Positions 30,430 through 41,479 of a stretch of 64,000 nt of DNA are shown here, one piece after another. Location of the stretch: NCBI GenBank assembly GCA_023819145.1, contig JAMWCW010000007.1:16876-80875 (forward strand), in the 5' to 3' direction. Under the pieces are notes generated by a model. It was not told the origin of the DNA and ran no database searches. It saw only the letters and a program-made list of their open reading frames with translations. The position numbers and the translations under genes are program-made. The first letter of the stretch is position 1, and every line of letters begins with the position of its first letter. This stretch comes from Candidatus Omnitrophota bacterium. Lineage in GTDB: Bacteria; Omnitrophota; Gorgyraeia; DTHP01.

Positions 30430-31629
30430 ATGGAAAAAGAGATTCAAGAAAATATTGAGCTGTTTAAGAAAGAGCTGGATAAAGCAAAAACGGAACTATC
30501 TATCCTCTATGAGATAGGCAACGCTATGCATTCCACACTCAACCTTGATGAAATTCTCTATATAATACTTACTGCAGCAACTGCCCATACTGGACTCGGT
30601 TTTAACCGCGCAATGCTTTTTATGGTCAATGAAAAAGAAAATTTGCTTGAAGGACGTATGGGCATAGGACCGCAGTCAGGTGAAGAGGCATATCACATTT
30701 GGAAAAAGATTGAAACAGAAAAAATGGACCTTAATGATTTCATTGAAGCATATAAAGAGTTTTCTGTCCAGAAGGATTCTCCTTTGAACAATCTCGTAAA
30801 AACCATAAAAATTCCTTTAAGAGAAGATGGAGGAATCCTTGCTGTGACAGTAATAAAAGGCTCTCCTTCCCTTATAAATACTCCTGAAGCGAGGGCAAAA
30901 ATAAACGATGTTGCACTCTCCTTGTTAAAAGTTGACCAATTTGTGGTGGTGCCGCTTAAGGCAAAAGATAAGGCAATAGGGGTAATTCTGGCAGACAATT
31001 TTATAACGCGAAAACCCATTAACCAGGATGATTTGCGTCTTCTAAGTATGTTTGCTAACCAGGCAGGTTTAGCAATTGAAAACTCACGTTTATATGAACA
31101 GACTCTCATCCTCTCTAATACCGACTATCTTACACATCTCTGGAATCATGGTTATTTTCAGCAGTTGATGAATGAAGAAATAAAGAAATCTTCTGCAAAC
31201 AAAACATCAATAAGTCTTATTATGCTCGATATAGATGATTTCAAAAACTACAATGATACACTTGGTCATCAAGCGGGAGACAAAGTCCTTCAAGAAATAG
31301 GAGATATAATCCGGCAAAATGTACGTAGAAATGACTGGGCATGTAGATACGGAGGTGAGGAATTTGCTATAATTTTACCCCAAATAAGTAAAGAAGATAC
31401 ACTCAAATTTGCGGAGAGATTGAGGAATCAAATTGAATTACATAAATTCCCTCATGAAGAAGTACAACCGAAACAGAAAATCACCGTAAGTATAGGTATA
31501 GCTACCTTTCCTGCAGATGCTTCTAACAAAGATGAATTGATTTACAAAGCAGATATGGCTATGCTCGAGGCTAAGAAAAAAGGGAGGAATCGTACTTGTC
31601 TATATTTTCCTCAGTCAATGTCTCAGTAA
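30430..31629 (+). CDS. GAF domain-containing diguanylate cyclase (GGDEF)
   Basis: Active-site RYGGEEF with an I-site-like RRND five residues upstream. N-terminal GAF-like region. The ORF track starts at 30397, but the predicted -10 (30401-06) lies inside that extension, so ATG 30430 (MEKEIQ…) is the more likely start. Confidence 0.8.
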   Translation: MEKEIQENIELFKKELDKAKTELSILYEIGNAMHSTLNLDEILYIILTAATAHTGLGFNRAMLFMVNEKENLLEGRMGIGPQSGEEAYHIWKKIETEKMDLNDFIEAYKEFSVQKDSPLNNLVKTIKIPLREDGGILAVTVIKGSPSLINTPEARAKINDVALSLLKVDQFVVVPLKAKDKAIGVILADNFITRKPINQDDLRLLSMFANQAGLAIENSRLYEQTLILSNTDYLTHLWNHGYFQQLMNEEIKKSSANKTSISLIMLDIDDFKNYNDTLGHQAGDKVLQEIGDIIRQNVRRNDWACRYGGEEFAIILPQISKEDTLKFAERLRNQIELHKFPHEEVQPKQKITVSIGIATFPADASNKDELIYKADMAMLEAKKKGRNRTCLYFPQSMSQ

Positions 31630-31642
31630 TAATAAACTTAAT

Positions 31643-34600
31643 TTAATTTTTCCTTGCCTCGACTTTAGTATTTTCAGAAACATCAGAAAATTTTACAGAA
31701 ACAAGTTTAGAAACCCCTGATTCTTCCATCGTCACTCCATACATAACGTCAGCAACCGCTATTGTTTTTTTATTGTGCGTAATAACAATAAATTGTGACG
31801 TTTTAGAAAATTCCTTCATCAACATACGGAAACGGTCAATATTAGACTCATCCAGGGGCGCATCTACTTCATCAAGGATACAAAAAGGACTGGGTTTTAC
31901 TTTAAAAATAGCAAAAAGCAAGGCTACAGCAGTCAAGGCCTTCTCTCCTCCAGAAAGGAGATTTATATTCTGCAACTTTTTACCTGGTGGCTGAGCAATA
32001 ATTTCTATCCCTGACTCTAAAACATTCTCAGGTTCCAAAAGGAACAACTGAGAATTTCCTCCACCGAAAAGAAGACGGAAAATCTCTTTGAAGTTTACCC
32101 CTATCTTCTGAAACGTATCAATAAACATTTCCTTCGCCGTATGATTAATACGATTAATTGCCTCGTGCAAGGATTCCTTAGCTTTCAGCAAATCTGACTG
32201 TTGGTTAAGAAGAAAACTGTGTCTTTCCTGAAGTTGTCCAAACTCTTCGATGGCAATAAGATTAACTGGGCCAAGTGATAAAAGCTTATCTTGTAATGAA
32301 CTTATTTCTTCTTTCAAAATATGTTCATCAAAATCTTCCGCTGTAAAATCTACCTTTGCTGTCTCTAAATTAATTTTATAATTACTTTCTATTTTCTGGA
32401 GAATATCTCTCTTATCAAAATCTATACCTTGCATTTTTATCTCCAACTCATGAATTCCATTTTTTATCTTATCCAAGCTCTTCTGCATTGTTCCCAAGCT
32501 ATCTTCTTCTTCTTCTATCTCATTCTTAAAATAATTTTTCTTTGCATTTAAATCATCTAATTTCTTTACACTATTTTCAATCTCTTTATTAAAAACACCT
32601 TTCTCCTTCTCAAGAGAGGAAATCTCTTCATTCAAGAGTTTAATTTTTTCAAGATTAATATTTCTTTCCTCTAATCTTGTTAAAAACATTCTCTCTGTTT
32701 CAGCAACAGAGTTTTCCAAGGAATAAATCCTCTCGTTAAGAAGCGTTGCCTTCTCACTGTACGAATTTAAACTCGATTCAAGCTCTGTAATCTCCAATAA
32801 AGTCTTTTCCCTTAAAGCATTTCTATCTTCAAGATTACGCGTCGTTTCTTCTAAGAGCCGTTGTATTTCTGACTCTCTCAACTCTAAATCCTTTAGTCTA
32901 TTTTCACTCTCCTTTATCTTGCCATCGCGCGAATTGACCTCCTCACGCGATTCTTCAATTTCTAAATCTACAATTCCTAATTCGTCCTTTACTCTTCCTA
33001 AATCTTTTCCTATCCTTTCAACCTCTTGGTTTAGATTGCTCAACTCAATCTCAATTAAGTGTTTCTCCTCTTCTTTGTTGACCAACTCCTCTTTGGTCTG
33101 ATTCAACGTTAGGGATAAACTTTCTTTATCCTGGGAAAGTTTATCCTTTTCTTTACCCAAACTAACTAATTCCAATTTTAAATCCTCAATCTTTCTACGA
33201 CGCCCAATGATAGAGGTATCCTCGTCTATAGAAACATAAGCGGTTTTGATAAAATTGTCTCTCATAACATCCCCTTGGCAAGTAACTAAGCATAAAGATA
33301 AATCTCCTCTTTCTCTCTTAAGCCCAATTCCTTCCTCCAAATTATTCACTAAAACGGTATTTGAAAACAAATAAGAGAGTACAATTTCATAAGGAACGAG
33401 GCGGACAAAGTTAATTAAATAACTAAACTTGCCTTCGATATTTAATGAAGAAACAACATTTTTTTCTATGTCCTCAAGAACAAGAAAGTTCACTCCACCT
33501 AAGTTGTGTTCTCTTATATAATCTAAACAGAGTGACAAACTTCTGTAGTCTTTAATTAAGATTGCCTGAGCATTCTCACCCAGAACGGCTTCCACCGCTT
33601 TCTCATAACCCTTATCCACTTCAAGCATTTCTGCCAAAGGTCCAATTATCGCTGCTTCTCCTAATGCACCATTTTTATATGCTAAAATCAAGGATTTTAC
33701 TCCCGGAGAATACCCTTCATAATGTGCTTCCATCTCTTTCATCAAATCGATGCGTGAAGCGAGTGTATTATATTCCACCTCTTTCTTCTGAAGTTCTCCA
33801 GTTAAATCATCCAGGTCCTTATTTAATTTCCCTATCCGATTATCTAATTCCTCTATATCTTTAACTTTATTATATAGAACTAATTTCTTATCCTCTAAAA
33901 TTTGGCAACGTTGGGTATATAAACTATCAAGTTTACCTTTCTCTTCATCAGCCTTAGCTTTTTCTAATTCCAAACGGCGGAGGCGTGCTTGAAAAGACGA
34001 AATCTCTGTCTTTAGCTTCGTCAGCTCATTTCTTACTCTTGCCATTCCCTGATTAACATCCATAAGTTGAAGTCGGTAATTACTAATCAAAGATTCTCCT
34101 TCTTTTATCTGTTGATTTAGTGAATTCAATAAATCCTGTTTGTTTTTGAGCAGATTTTTCTTTTCCTCTTCATCCTTACAAAAATCATCAAATTGAACTT
34201 TCAGTTCTGTGAGCATTCTCCTCTCGTTGTCTCTTTTTTCCTCTAATCTCTTATTTTCCTCGACAAGGACGATATTTCTTTCCTCTAACTCTTTAATGCG
34301 TTCACTATCAAGCATAATCTTTGATTGGTTCTTTTCTAACGAAGCTTCAAGGTAAGCCTTTCTGCTCTCCTCTGAAGAAATCTCTTTTTCTAAAGATTCG
34401 AGCTTTTCTCGTCTTTCTTTCAACCGCTCTTCTCCGGAAGATAAATCTCTTAAGATTTTTTCTTCTTCTTTTTGTAAAGCTTCTTTTTCTTTAAGCAGTG
34501 CTTCCTTCTTACCCTCCAATTGAAGCATAAGGGATTTACTATATTTTAATTCTTTGTCTTTTAATATATTAAAAATCTCCTGATACCGTTCCGCTTTTCT

Positions 34601-35227
34601 TGCCTGACGTTCAAGTGAAGAAAGTTGCCTGCTTACTTCACTGATTATATCGTTAACCCTTATTAAATTATTTTCTGTATCTTCCAATTTTCTCAAAGCC
34701 TCTTTTTTTTGAGATTTAAATTTGGTGATTCCTGCTGCTTCCTCAAATATGAAACGTCGATCCTCCCCTCGTGAACTCAAAACCAAGTCAATCTTACCCT
34801 GTTCAAGCAGAGAATAGGAACTTGTTCCTATACCTGTACCAAAGAATAATTCCTGGATATCTTTAAGACGAACGGGAACTTTATTGAGTAAATATTCTGA
34901 TTCTCCGGAACGAAAAAGCCGCCGAGTAACGGTAATCTCTGCATATTCTATAGGGAAAATTTTATCCTCATTGGAAAGGGTTAAAGAAACCTCGGCAAAA
35001 TTAACTGGCTCCTTGATGCTAGTCCCATTAAAGATAACATCTTCCATCCTGGAACCACGTAATTCCCGAGGATTCTGTTCTCCTAAGACCCACTTTATTG
35101 CATCCGAAATATTGCTTTTTCCACAACCATTAGGACCAACAATGGCGGTAATCCCCGGTTCGAATTTCAATACTGTCTTTTCAGCAAACGACTTAAAACC
35201 ATATAATTCTATGGATTTGAAATACAT
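31643..35227 (-). CDS. smc: chromosome segregation protein SMC
   Basis: 1194 aa. Walker A (GPNGCGKSN) at the N-terminus. Long coiled coils and a hinge. C-terminal signature LSGGEKALTAVALLFA and Walker B ILDEVDAPLD. Confidence 0.93.
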   Translation of the reverse strand: MYFKSIELYGFKSFAEKTVLKFEPGITAIVGPNGCGKSNISDAIKWVLGEQNPRELRGSRMEDVIFNGTSIKEPVNFAEVSLTLSNEDKIFPIEYAEITVTRRLFRSGESEYLLNKVPVRLKDIQELFFGTGIGTSSYSLLEQGKIDLVLSSRGEDRRFIFEEAAGITKFKSQKKEALRKLEDTENNLIRVNDIISEVSRQLSSLERQARKAERYQEIFNILKDKELKYSKSLMLQLEGKKEALLKEKEALQKEEEKILRDLSSGEERLKERREKLESLEKEISSEESRKAYLEASLEKNQSKIMLDSERIKELEERNIVLVEENKRLEEKRDNERRMLTELKVQFDDFCKDEEEKKNLLKNKQDLLNSLNQQIKEGESLISNYRLQLMDVNQGMARVRNELTKLKTEISSFQARLRRLELEKAKADEEKGKLDSLYTQRCQILEDKKLVLYNKVKDIEELDNRIGKLNKDLDDLTGELQKKEVEYNTLASRIDLMKEMEAHYEGYSPGVKSLILAYKNGALGEAAIIGPLAEMLEVDKGYEKAVEAVLGENAQAILIKDYRSLSLCLDYIREHNLGGVNFLVLEDIEKNVVSSLNIEGKFSYLINFVRLVPYEIVLSYLFSNTVLVNNLEEGIGLKRERGDLSLCLVTCQGDVMRDNFIKTAYVSIDEDTSIIGRRRKIEDLKLELVSLGKEKDKLSQDKESLSLTLNQTKEELVNKEEEKHLIEIELSNLNQEVERIGKDLGRVKDELGIVDLEIEESREEVNSRDGKIKESENRLKDLELRESEIQRLLEETTRNLEDRNALREKTLLEITELESSLNSYSEKATLLNERIYSLENSVAETERMFLTRLEERNINLEKIKLLNEEISSLEKEKGVFNKEIENSVKKLDDLNAKKNYFKNEIEEEEDSLGTMQKSLDKIKNGIHELEIKMQGIDFDKRDILQKIESNYKINLETAKVDFTAEDFDEHILKEEISSLQDKLLSLGPVNLIAIEEFGQLQERHSFLLNQQSDLLKAKESLHEAINRINHTAKEMFIDTFQKIGVNFKEIFRLLFGGGNSQLFLLEPENVLESGIEIIAQPPGKKLQNINLLSGGEKALTAVALLFAIFKVKPSPFCILDEVDAPLDESNIDRFRMLMKEFSKTSQFIVITHNKKTIAVADVMYGVTMEESGVSKLVSVKFSDVSENTKVEARKN

Positions 35228-35697
35228 TATATTTTCCTTTTTTCTTTGCTTAGAAGTCCTTTCAACTCCAGCATAAATTGCCCAACATCTTTAAACTCAC
35301 GATAAACCGAAGCAAAACGGACATAGGCTACCTGGTCTAGAGAGCGCAAATGCTTCATTACCAATTCTCCGATTGTTCGCGAACTGACTTCATTGTTATC
35401 CGAACTTCTTTGTAAAGCCATTTCTATTCTATCCAACATATCCTCTATTCTCGCGGTTTCTATAGGTCTTTTCTCTACCGCTTTCATTATTCCAGAAAGA
35501 AGTTTGCTCCTATCAAAATGTTCTCTTCTTCCATCTTTTTTAACCACCATAAGAGGCATTTCTTCTAATTTCTCATAAGTAGTAAACCTTCTTTTACATT
35601 TTAGACACTCCCTTCTCCTGCGGATAGCTAAACCTTCTTGCGATATTCGAGAGTCGATTACTTTGGTTTCGCTATATTTACAATAGGGACAATTCAT
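35227..35697 (-). CDS. nrdR: transcriptional repressor NrdR
   Basis: 156 aa. MNCPYCKYSETKVIDSR zinc ribbon plus ATP-cone. Confidence 0.9.
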   Translation of the reverse strand: MNCPYCKYSETKVIDSRISQEGLAIRRRRECLKCKRRFTTYEKLEEMPLMVVKKDGRREHFDRSKLLSGIMKAVEKRPIETARIEDMLDRIEMALQRSSDNNEVSSRTIGELVMKHLRSLDQVAYVRFASVYREFKDVGQFMLELKGLLSKEKRKI

Positions 35698-35720
35698 TAT
35701 TATATTTCTAAATTCAGATT

Positions 35721-36200
35721 CTAAATATCAAAAGGTAAATTAGATTCTCTTATTCTTCTTATCTTAATCTTTGACTCTTCGAACATTTCTTTAGCCGTCG
35801 AATCAGGGTAACCATCCAAAACAACAATTTCTTTTATTCCCGCATTAATCAACATCTTTGCACAAATAATACAGGGTTGATTTGTGCAATATAAAGTTGC
35901 ATCCTTAAGACTTATTCCGTAGAGTGCCGCCTGGAGTAAGGCATTTTGCTCCGCATGCAGACCGCGACAGAGTTCATGACGTTCGCCTGAAGAAATTTTC
36001 AGTTTCTCCCGCAAACATCCTATAACGTCGCAATGTTTAATCCCTTTGGGAGTCCCATTGTAACCCGTTGACAAAATATGTCGCTCTTTGACAATCACTG
36101 CCCCTACTTGCCTACGCAAACATGTTGAACGACTGGCTACAAGCTTAGCTATTTCTATAAAATAATTATCCCAAGAAGGACGTTTAATTTCTTTCTTCAT
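35721..36200 (-). CDS. deoxycytidylate (dCMP) deaminase / CMP-dCMP deaminase zinc-binding protein
   Basis: 159 aa. HAEQNAL … PCIICAKML zinc-binding motifs. Confidence 0.8.
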   Translation of the reverse strand: MKKEIKRPSWDNYFIEIAKLVASRSTCLRRQVGAVIVKERHILSTGYNGTPKGIKHCDVIGCLREKLKISSGERHELCRGLHAEQNALLQAALYGISLKDATLYCTNQPCIICAKMLINAGIKEIVVLDGYPDSTAKEMFEESKIKIRRIRESNLPFDI

Positions 36201-37441
36201 CGCGATAAATATAAAGGAAATCTTTTAAGTAGATTCCTTACTTTATCTTTAACCTCTTTAATAGCCATCTTATTGTCAGGTGATTTTAATACTTCATCTA
36301 TAAAAGAGGCTATTTCTTTCATATGCTCTTCTTTCATCCCTCGAGTGGTCACAGCAGGAGTTCCCAAACGAATACCGCTGGTTATGGGGGGACTTAAATT
36401 ATCAAAAGGAATAAGATTTTTATTCACAGTAATATTTGCCATATCTAAAACTTCTGCAGCTTCTTTACCGGTAACTCCTCTACTCTTAATAAGGTCTACC
36501 AAAAAAAGATGCGTATCTGTCCCTCCAGAAACGATGCGAAATCCTTTACTTTTTAACTCTGAAGCAAGAACCTGAGCATTCTTAACTACTTGCTGTTGAT
36601 ATTTTTTAAAATCGTGATTTAAGGCTTCTTTAAAAGTAACTGCCTTCGCAGCAATTATATGTAATAAAGGCCCTCCTTGAATTCCAGGGAAAATCAAAGC
36701 ATCAATTTTTTTAGCAAATTCTTTTTTGCAGAGAACCATTCCTCCTCTTGCACCACGCAAAGTCTTGTGAGTAGTAGTAGAGACTACTTCGGCATAATCA
36801 ACTGGGTTGGGATGCAGTCCTGCGGCGACTAAACCGGCAAAGTGTGCCATATCTACAAAAAGATAAGCTCCTACCTTATCGCATATTTCTCTCAGTTTCT
36901 TAAAATCAATGATGCGAGAATAGGCACTTGCCCCTGCAAGTATCATCTTTGGTCGATGTCTCTTTGCTAATATCTCTACTTGGTCGTAATCTATTAACTC
37001 AGTACTCCTATTCACTCCATAGGTAACAATGTTGTAAAAAATACCTGAGAAATTGTGGGGATGGCCATGGGAAAGGTGTCCTCCGCACGCCAGGTCCATA
37101 GCAAGAACGGTATCCCCCGGTTTAAGCAAAGCAAAATAAACTGCCATATTTGCTTGCGTCCCCGAGTGTGGCTGTACATTTACATGCTCCGCTTTAAATA
37201 TCTTCTTAGCCCTCTCCACTGCCAAACGTTCTACCTCATCTACATATTGACAACCTCCATACCAACGCCTTCCCGGATATCCTTCTGCATACTTGTTAGT
37301 AAGTACGGATCCCTGCGCTTCCAAAACTGCATAAGAAACAAAATTTTCTGAGGCAATAAGTTCTAAATTTTCGTTCTCTCTTTTAATCTCTTTCCTAAGA
37401 AAATAAAATATCTCAGGGTCAACTTCCTTTAATCTCTTCAC
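36197..37441 (-). CDS. glyA: serine hydroxymethyltransferase
   Basis: 414 aa. SHMT PLP site (…[13 protein letters not shown]…). Confidence 0.93.
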   Translation of the reverse strand: MKRLKEVDPEIFYFLRKEIKRENENLELIASENFVSYAVLEAQGSVLTNKYAEGYPGRRWYGGCQYVDEVERLAVERAKKIFKAEHVNVQPHSGTQANMAVYFALLKPGDTVLAMDLACGGHLSHGHPHNFSGIFYNIVTYGVNRSTELIDYDQVEILAKRHRPKMILAGASAYSRIIDFKKLREICDKVGAYLFVDMAHFAGLVAAGLHPNPVDYAEVVSTTTHKTLRGARGGMVLCKKEFAKKIDALIFPGIQGGPLLHIIAAKAVTFKEALNHDFKKYQQQVVKNAQVLASELKSKGFRIVSGGTDTHLFLVDLIKSRGVTGKEAAEVLDMANITVNKNLIPFDNLSPPITSGIRLGTPAVTTRGMKEEHMKEIASFIDEVLKSPDNKMAIKEVKDKVRNLLKRFPLYLSR

Positions 37442-37899
37442 TATTTACCCCCTTTGCTAATTTCTTTTTCAATCTTCTCAATCTTTTTTAACCTCCGCAG
37501 ATGCCTCCCCTTTTGAAACCCAGTTTTTAACCAAATCTCTAAAAACTTTCTTGCCATTTCCTTATTTATAAAACGTGCTCCAAAAATAATTATATTTGCA
37601 TCATTGTGTTCTCTGCTCAATTTAGCGCATTTAAGATTATAACACAAAGCAGCTCTTACTCCGGGGAAGCGATTGGCAACAATGCTCTGGCCAATGCCAG
37701 TAGCACAAATCAAAATTCCTCTCTCAAATTTATGCTCTGATACTGCCTTTGCTACTTTGTATCCAAAATCAGGGTAATCACAACTTTCTTCTTTAAAGGT
37801 ACCAAAATCTTTTATTCTGTATCCATTTTCTAATAAAAAATCCCTTAATGCTTCTTTCAATTTAAATCCTGCATGGTCTGAACCAAGAGCAATATTCAT
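37441..37899 (-). CDS. rpiB: ribose-5-phosphate isomerase B
   Basis: 152 aa. [17 protein letters not shown]-terminus typical of RpiB/LacAB. Confidence 0.88.
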   Translation of the reverse strand: MNIALGSDHAGFKLKEALRDFLLENGYRIKDFGTFKEESCDYPDFGYKVAKAVSEHKFERGILICATGIGQSIVANRFPGVRAALCYNLKCAKLSREHNDANIIIFGARFINKEMARKFLEIWLKTGFQKGRHLRRLKKIEKIEKEISKGGK

Positions 37900-37948
37900 T
37901 TTATTTTAGATCTTATTAAGTAAAATTACATGATTACAATACAAGATA

Positions 37949-38419
37949 TTATTTATCCAACTTGAATTTCTTAATTAAACCTTCTAAACTCTCCTTAAAA
38001 ATAAACAAAACCTCTTCATAGACTTCAGGAGGTCTCCCGATAGGGTCGGGAATTTCCAGACTACTATTTTTGGGTATGTTTTCCATAAAACTTTTAAGAA
38101 GATAGGTTTTTTTCTCCGCCTCAGGATAAAGATTCAGAATAATGTTATGATGCGCTTCTTCCATAACCAGAACCAAATCTGCTTCTTCTATCATCTCTTT
38201 GGTCAAACGTGTGGCACGGTGAGCAGATATATCAATACCTTCCTTTAACATAACCTTTTGCGCCTCCGTACTTGCACCCATTCCTTCCAAAGCAGAGGTT
38301 CCTGCAGATTTTATCACAAAATTTTTTGCTTTATCTTTAAGCATATTTTTTAGTAGCTCTGCTGCCATTACCGATCTACAGCTGTTACCTGTACATACAA
38401 AGAGAATATTTTTAATCAT
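37949..38419 (-). CDS. low molecular weight protein-tyrosine-phosphatase
   Basis: 156 aa. P-loop CTGNSCRS (CX5R) at the N-terminus. Confidence 0.85.
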   Translation of the reverse strand: MIKNILFVCTGNSCRSVMAAELLKNMLKDKAKNFVIKSAGTSALEGMGASTEAQKVMLKEGIDISAHRATRLTKEMIEEADLVLVMEEAHHNIILNLYPEAEKKTYLLKSFMENIPKNSSLEIPDPIGRPPEVYEEVLFIFKESLEGLIKKFKLDK

Positions 38420-38952
38420 TTTTTTATCTCGGTATAGAAACTATAATTCCTTCTAACCTCACTATCCTTCTCTTTTACTTTTCTCTGCATCTGTTTTTTG
38501 TATTTTATAATAAGATGGTCTAATTTTCTATCTTCCAAACTCAGAATCTTAATAGCTAGAAGACTGGCATTCTTGGCTCCTGTTTTACCCAAAGCCATGG
38601 TAGCCACAGGAACACCTGCAGGCATCTGAACAATAGATAAAAGAGAGTCCAAACCCTTTAGAGAATCTGTCTCAATAGGAACTCCTATCACCGGTAATTC
38701 GGTATGAGAAGCGATTACACCCGGAAGATGGGCTGCTCCTCCTGCAGCAGCTATAATTACCTTTACACCTCTATCTTTAGCATGCTTGGCAAATTCCACC
38801 GCTTCATCAGGGGTGCGATGTGCAGAAATAATACGCACCTCGTAAGGAATTTTAAAATCTTTAAGGATACTAAATCCTTCTTCTAATACATGAAGGTCAG
38901 AATCGCTACCCATTACCACGCTCACTAAAGCTTGTATCTTTTTATTTCTCAT
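38416..38952 (-). CDS. purE: 5-(carboxyamino)imidazole ribonucleotide mutase PurE
   Basis: 178 aa. GSDSDL … ISAHRTP … AAGGAAHLPGV motifs. Confidence 0.9.
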   Translation of the reverse strand: MRNKKIQALVSVVMGSDSDLHVLEEGFSILKDFKIPYEVRIISAHRTPDEAVEFAKHAKDRGVKVIIAAAGGAAHLPGVIASHTELPVIGVPIETDSLKGLDSLLSIVQMPAGVPVATMALGKTGAKNASLLAIKILSLEDRKLDHLIIKYKKQMQRKVKEKDSEVRRNYSFYTEIKK

Positions 38953-39024
38953 ATCCTCCCCCTAATTATAATCTATTTGATTTTTACCGTCAAAAAGCTC
39001 AACGTATCTACCTCTAATACAAAA

Positions 39025-40395
39025 CTAAGCGACTTCGTTAATTCTTGTAGCACAATTTTTATGGTGGGATTTTTTATTTTCTAAAGCTTTTTTTCCTATA
39101 TCTTTACGATAATGCATACCTTCAAAATGAATCTTCTCTACTGCTCTATAAGTACGCCTAATGGCTTCTTCTATTCCCTCCCCCAAACCCACTACTCCCA
39201 AAACCCTCCCTCCATTAGTCATGTATTTCATATCTAGTTTCTTATCCTTTTCTTCGGAAATCTGAACCTTTGTCCCCGCGTGAAAGATAACTATATCTTC
39301 TAACTTTTCCGCCTCTTCCAAACCATAAATAACCTTATCTTTCTCGTAATCACCGGGATAACCTTTTGAAGCACATACCACACAGACGCATGACTTTTTA
39401 TTCCAGTTCAAAGAACCAAATTTCTTAAACTTAGCAAGCTTACCTTCGGAGGTAGCTAACATCAACTCCAATAAATCTGAATTTAGTCGGGGTAAAACTG
39501 CTTGGGTCTCAGGATCACCAAAACGCACATTGAATTCTAAAACTTTAGGTCCTTGTTGGGTAACCATAATTCCTGCATACAAAACACCTTTATAGATTAT
39601 ACCCTCTTGCACTAAACCATCAATTGTCCGCGTAATGATATCTTTCTCAATAACTTCAAACAACTCTCTCGTAACTACTGGAGCGGGAGAATAAGCACCC
39701 ATCCCACCGGTATTTGGTCCTTCGTCATTATCAAATACACGCTTGTGGTCCTGACTGGATGGAAAAGCAACGAATTCACGCGAGTCAGTAACGACCACTA
39801 TTGAAGCTTCTTCTCCTTTAAGAAAATCCTCAACTATAATTCTTTCTCCCGCCTTACCAAAGATTTTATTTACCATAACTAAATCAATAGCATTAAATGC
39901 CTCCTCTTCCGTCTTAACAACAAATACCCCTTTACCCTGTGCAAGTCCATCGGCCTTAATTACCCAAGGTCCATTTTTTGTTTCTATATAATGCTTTGCA
40001 TCATCAGGATTATCGAATATCTTAAAGTCAGCAGTGGGAACACTATATTTGTGCATCAGTTCTTTAGCAAAAATCTTGCTTGATTCTAAACTTGCTGCTA
40101 ATTTTCCCGGCCCAAAAATCTTAAAGCCGTTTTTCATAAATTCATCAGAAATTCCTTGCGCTAAAGATGCTTCTGGACCGACGATTGTAAAGTCTATTCG
40201 TTCTTTGCGTACAAGCTCTAATAAACCATCTGTATCTTCTGTTTTTATATCAATACACTCTGCATGTTTAAGGATTCCACCATTACCCGGGGCACAAAAT
40301 ATCTTATCCACTAGTTTAGATTGACTAATTTTCCAAACTAAAGCATGCTCTCTCCCACCAGAGCCGATAACTAATATTTTCATCCCTATATACAA
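39025..40395 (-). CDS. purD: phosphoribosylamine--glycine ligase PurD
   Basis: 456 aa. KILVIGSGGREHALVWKI (the likely true start is MKILV at about 40380). ATP-grasp. Confidence 0.9.
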   Translation of the reverse strand: MYIGMKILVIGSGGREHALVWKISQSKLVDKIFCAPGNGGILKHAECIDIKTEDTDGLLELVRKERIDFTIVGPEASLAQGISDEFMKNGFKIFGPGKLAASLESSKIFAKELMHKYSVPTADFKIFDNPDDAKHYIETKNGPWVIKADGLAQGKGVFVVKTEEEAFNAIDLVMVNKIFGKAGERIIVEDFLKGEEASIVVVTDSREFVAFPSSQDHKRVFDNDEGPNTGGMGAYSPAPVVTRELFEVIEKDIITRTIDGLVQEGIIYKGVLYAGIMVTQQGPKVLEFNVRFGDPETQAVLPRLNSDLLELMLATSEGKLAKFKKFGSLNWNKKSCVCVVCASKGYPGDYEKDKVIYGLEEAEKLEDIVIFHAGTKVQISEEKDKKLDMKYMTNGGRVLGVVGLGEGIEEAIRRTYRAVEKIHFEGMHYRKDIGKKALENKKSHHKNCATRINEVA

Positions 40396-40462
40396 TAATT
40401 CTAAATATCAAAAACTAAATTTTATAAATTTCTTAAATATAATCCTGCATCCTGAACTTGCA

Positions 40463-41479
40463 CTAATCTATTATTACTTCTCTATCCCCCTTAATTACTT
40501 CTCCAATCACCAAAGATTTTATTCCCCAATTTTCTAATTTCTTAATTACCAATAACTCTCTGTTTCTTTCTGTAACCAAAACCATTCCAATACCCATGTT
40601 AAAAGTGCGATACATCTCTTTTTCTTCAATGTTTCCCTTTTCTTGAATTACCTTAAAGATCTTAGGTATCTGCCAAGAGTTTTTTCTGATTAAAATGGAT
40701 TTGCCTTCGGGAATAATACGAGGAATTTTCTCATAAAAAGCACCGCCAGTAATATGGGCACTACCTTTTATGAATAACCAGTAGTCGCTAGCAAGTATTG
40801 ACAAAATTTGCTTAACATAGATACGCGTAGGTTTTAGCAATTCATTTGCTAATTTTCTTTGTTCAGGTAAACTAAAAACCTTGCGTACTAAAGAAAAACC
40901 ATTGGAGTGAAGGCCTGAAGAAGCTAAACCAATTACTCTATCACCAACCTCTATGTTTCTCCCATCGATAATCCTATCTCTTTCCACTACACCCACGCAA
41001 AATCCTGCTAAGTCATATTCTCCTTCTTTATACATCCCGGGCATCTCTGCTGTTTCTCCCGCAACTAAAGCACAACCTGCCTCCTTGCAACCTTTTGCTA
41101 TCCCCTTAATAATCTGTACATATTTATCTTCTTCTAATCTCGAACACCCCAGATAATCTAAGAAAAACAAAGGTCTGGCCCCAAAAGTTAAAATATCATT
41201 AACATTCATAGCAACGAGGTCTATGCCTACTGTATCATGTTTATCTACCAAAAACGCAAGCTTCAATTTTGTCCCTACCCCATCAGTTGAAGAAACCAAA
41301 ATGGGTTTTTTATAGCTCTTTAGAACCTCTACCGAAAAAAGACCACTAAAACTGCCAATATCAGCAATCACTTCTTTTGTATGGGTTTTCTTGATAAAAG
41401 GCTTAACTGCTTTAAGTAAGACATTAGCCTTGTCAATATCTACCCCTGCCTTTTTATATGTAAGTTTATTCATGAACAC
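40463..41479 (-). CDS. purM: phosphoribosylformylglycinamidine cyclo-ligase PurM
   Basis: 338 aa, AIR synthase-related sequence. Confidence 0.9.
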   Translation of the reverse strand: MFMNKLTYKKAGVDIDKANVLLKAVKPFIKKTHTKEVIADIGSFSGLFSVEVLKSYKKPILVSSTDGVGTKLKLAFLVDKHDTVGIDLVAMNVNDILTFGARPLFFLDYLGCSRLEEDKYVQIIKGIAKGCKEAGCALVAGETAEMPGMYKEGEYDLAGFCVGVVERDRIIDGRNIEVGDRVIGLASSGLHSNGFSLVRKVFSLPEQRKLANELLKPTRIYVKQILSILASDYWLFIKGSAHITGGAFYEKIPRIIPEGKSILIRKNSWQIPKIFKVIQEKGNIEEKEMYRTFNMGIGMVLVTERNRELLVIKKLENWGIKSLVIGEVIKGDREVIID

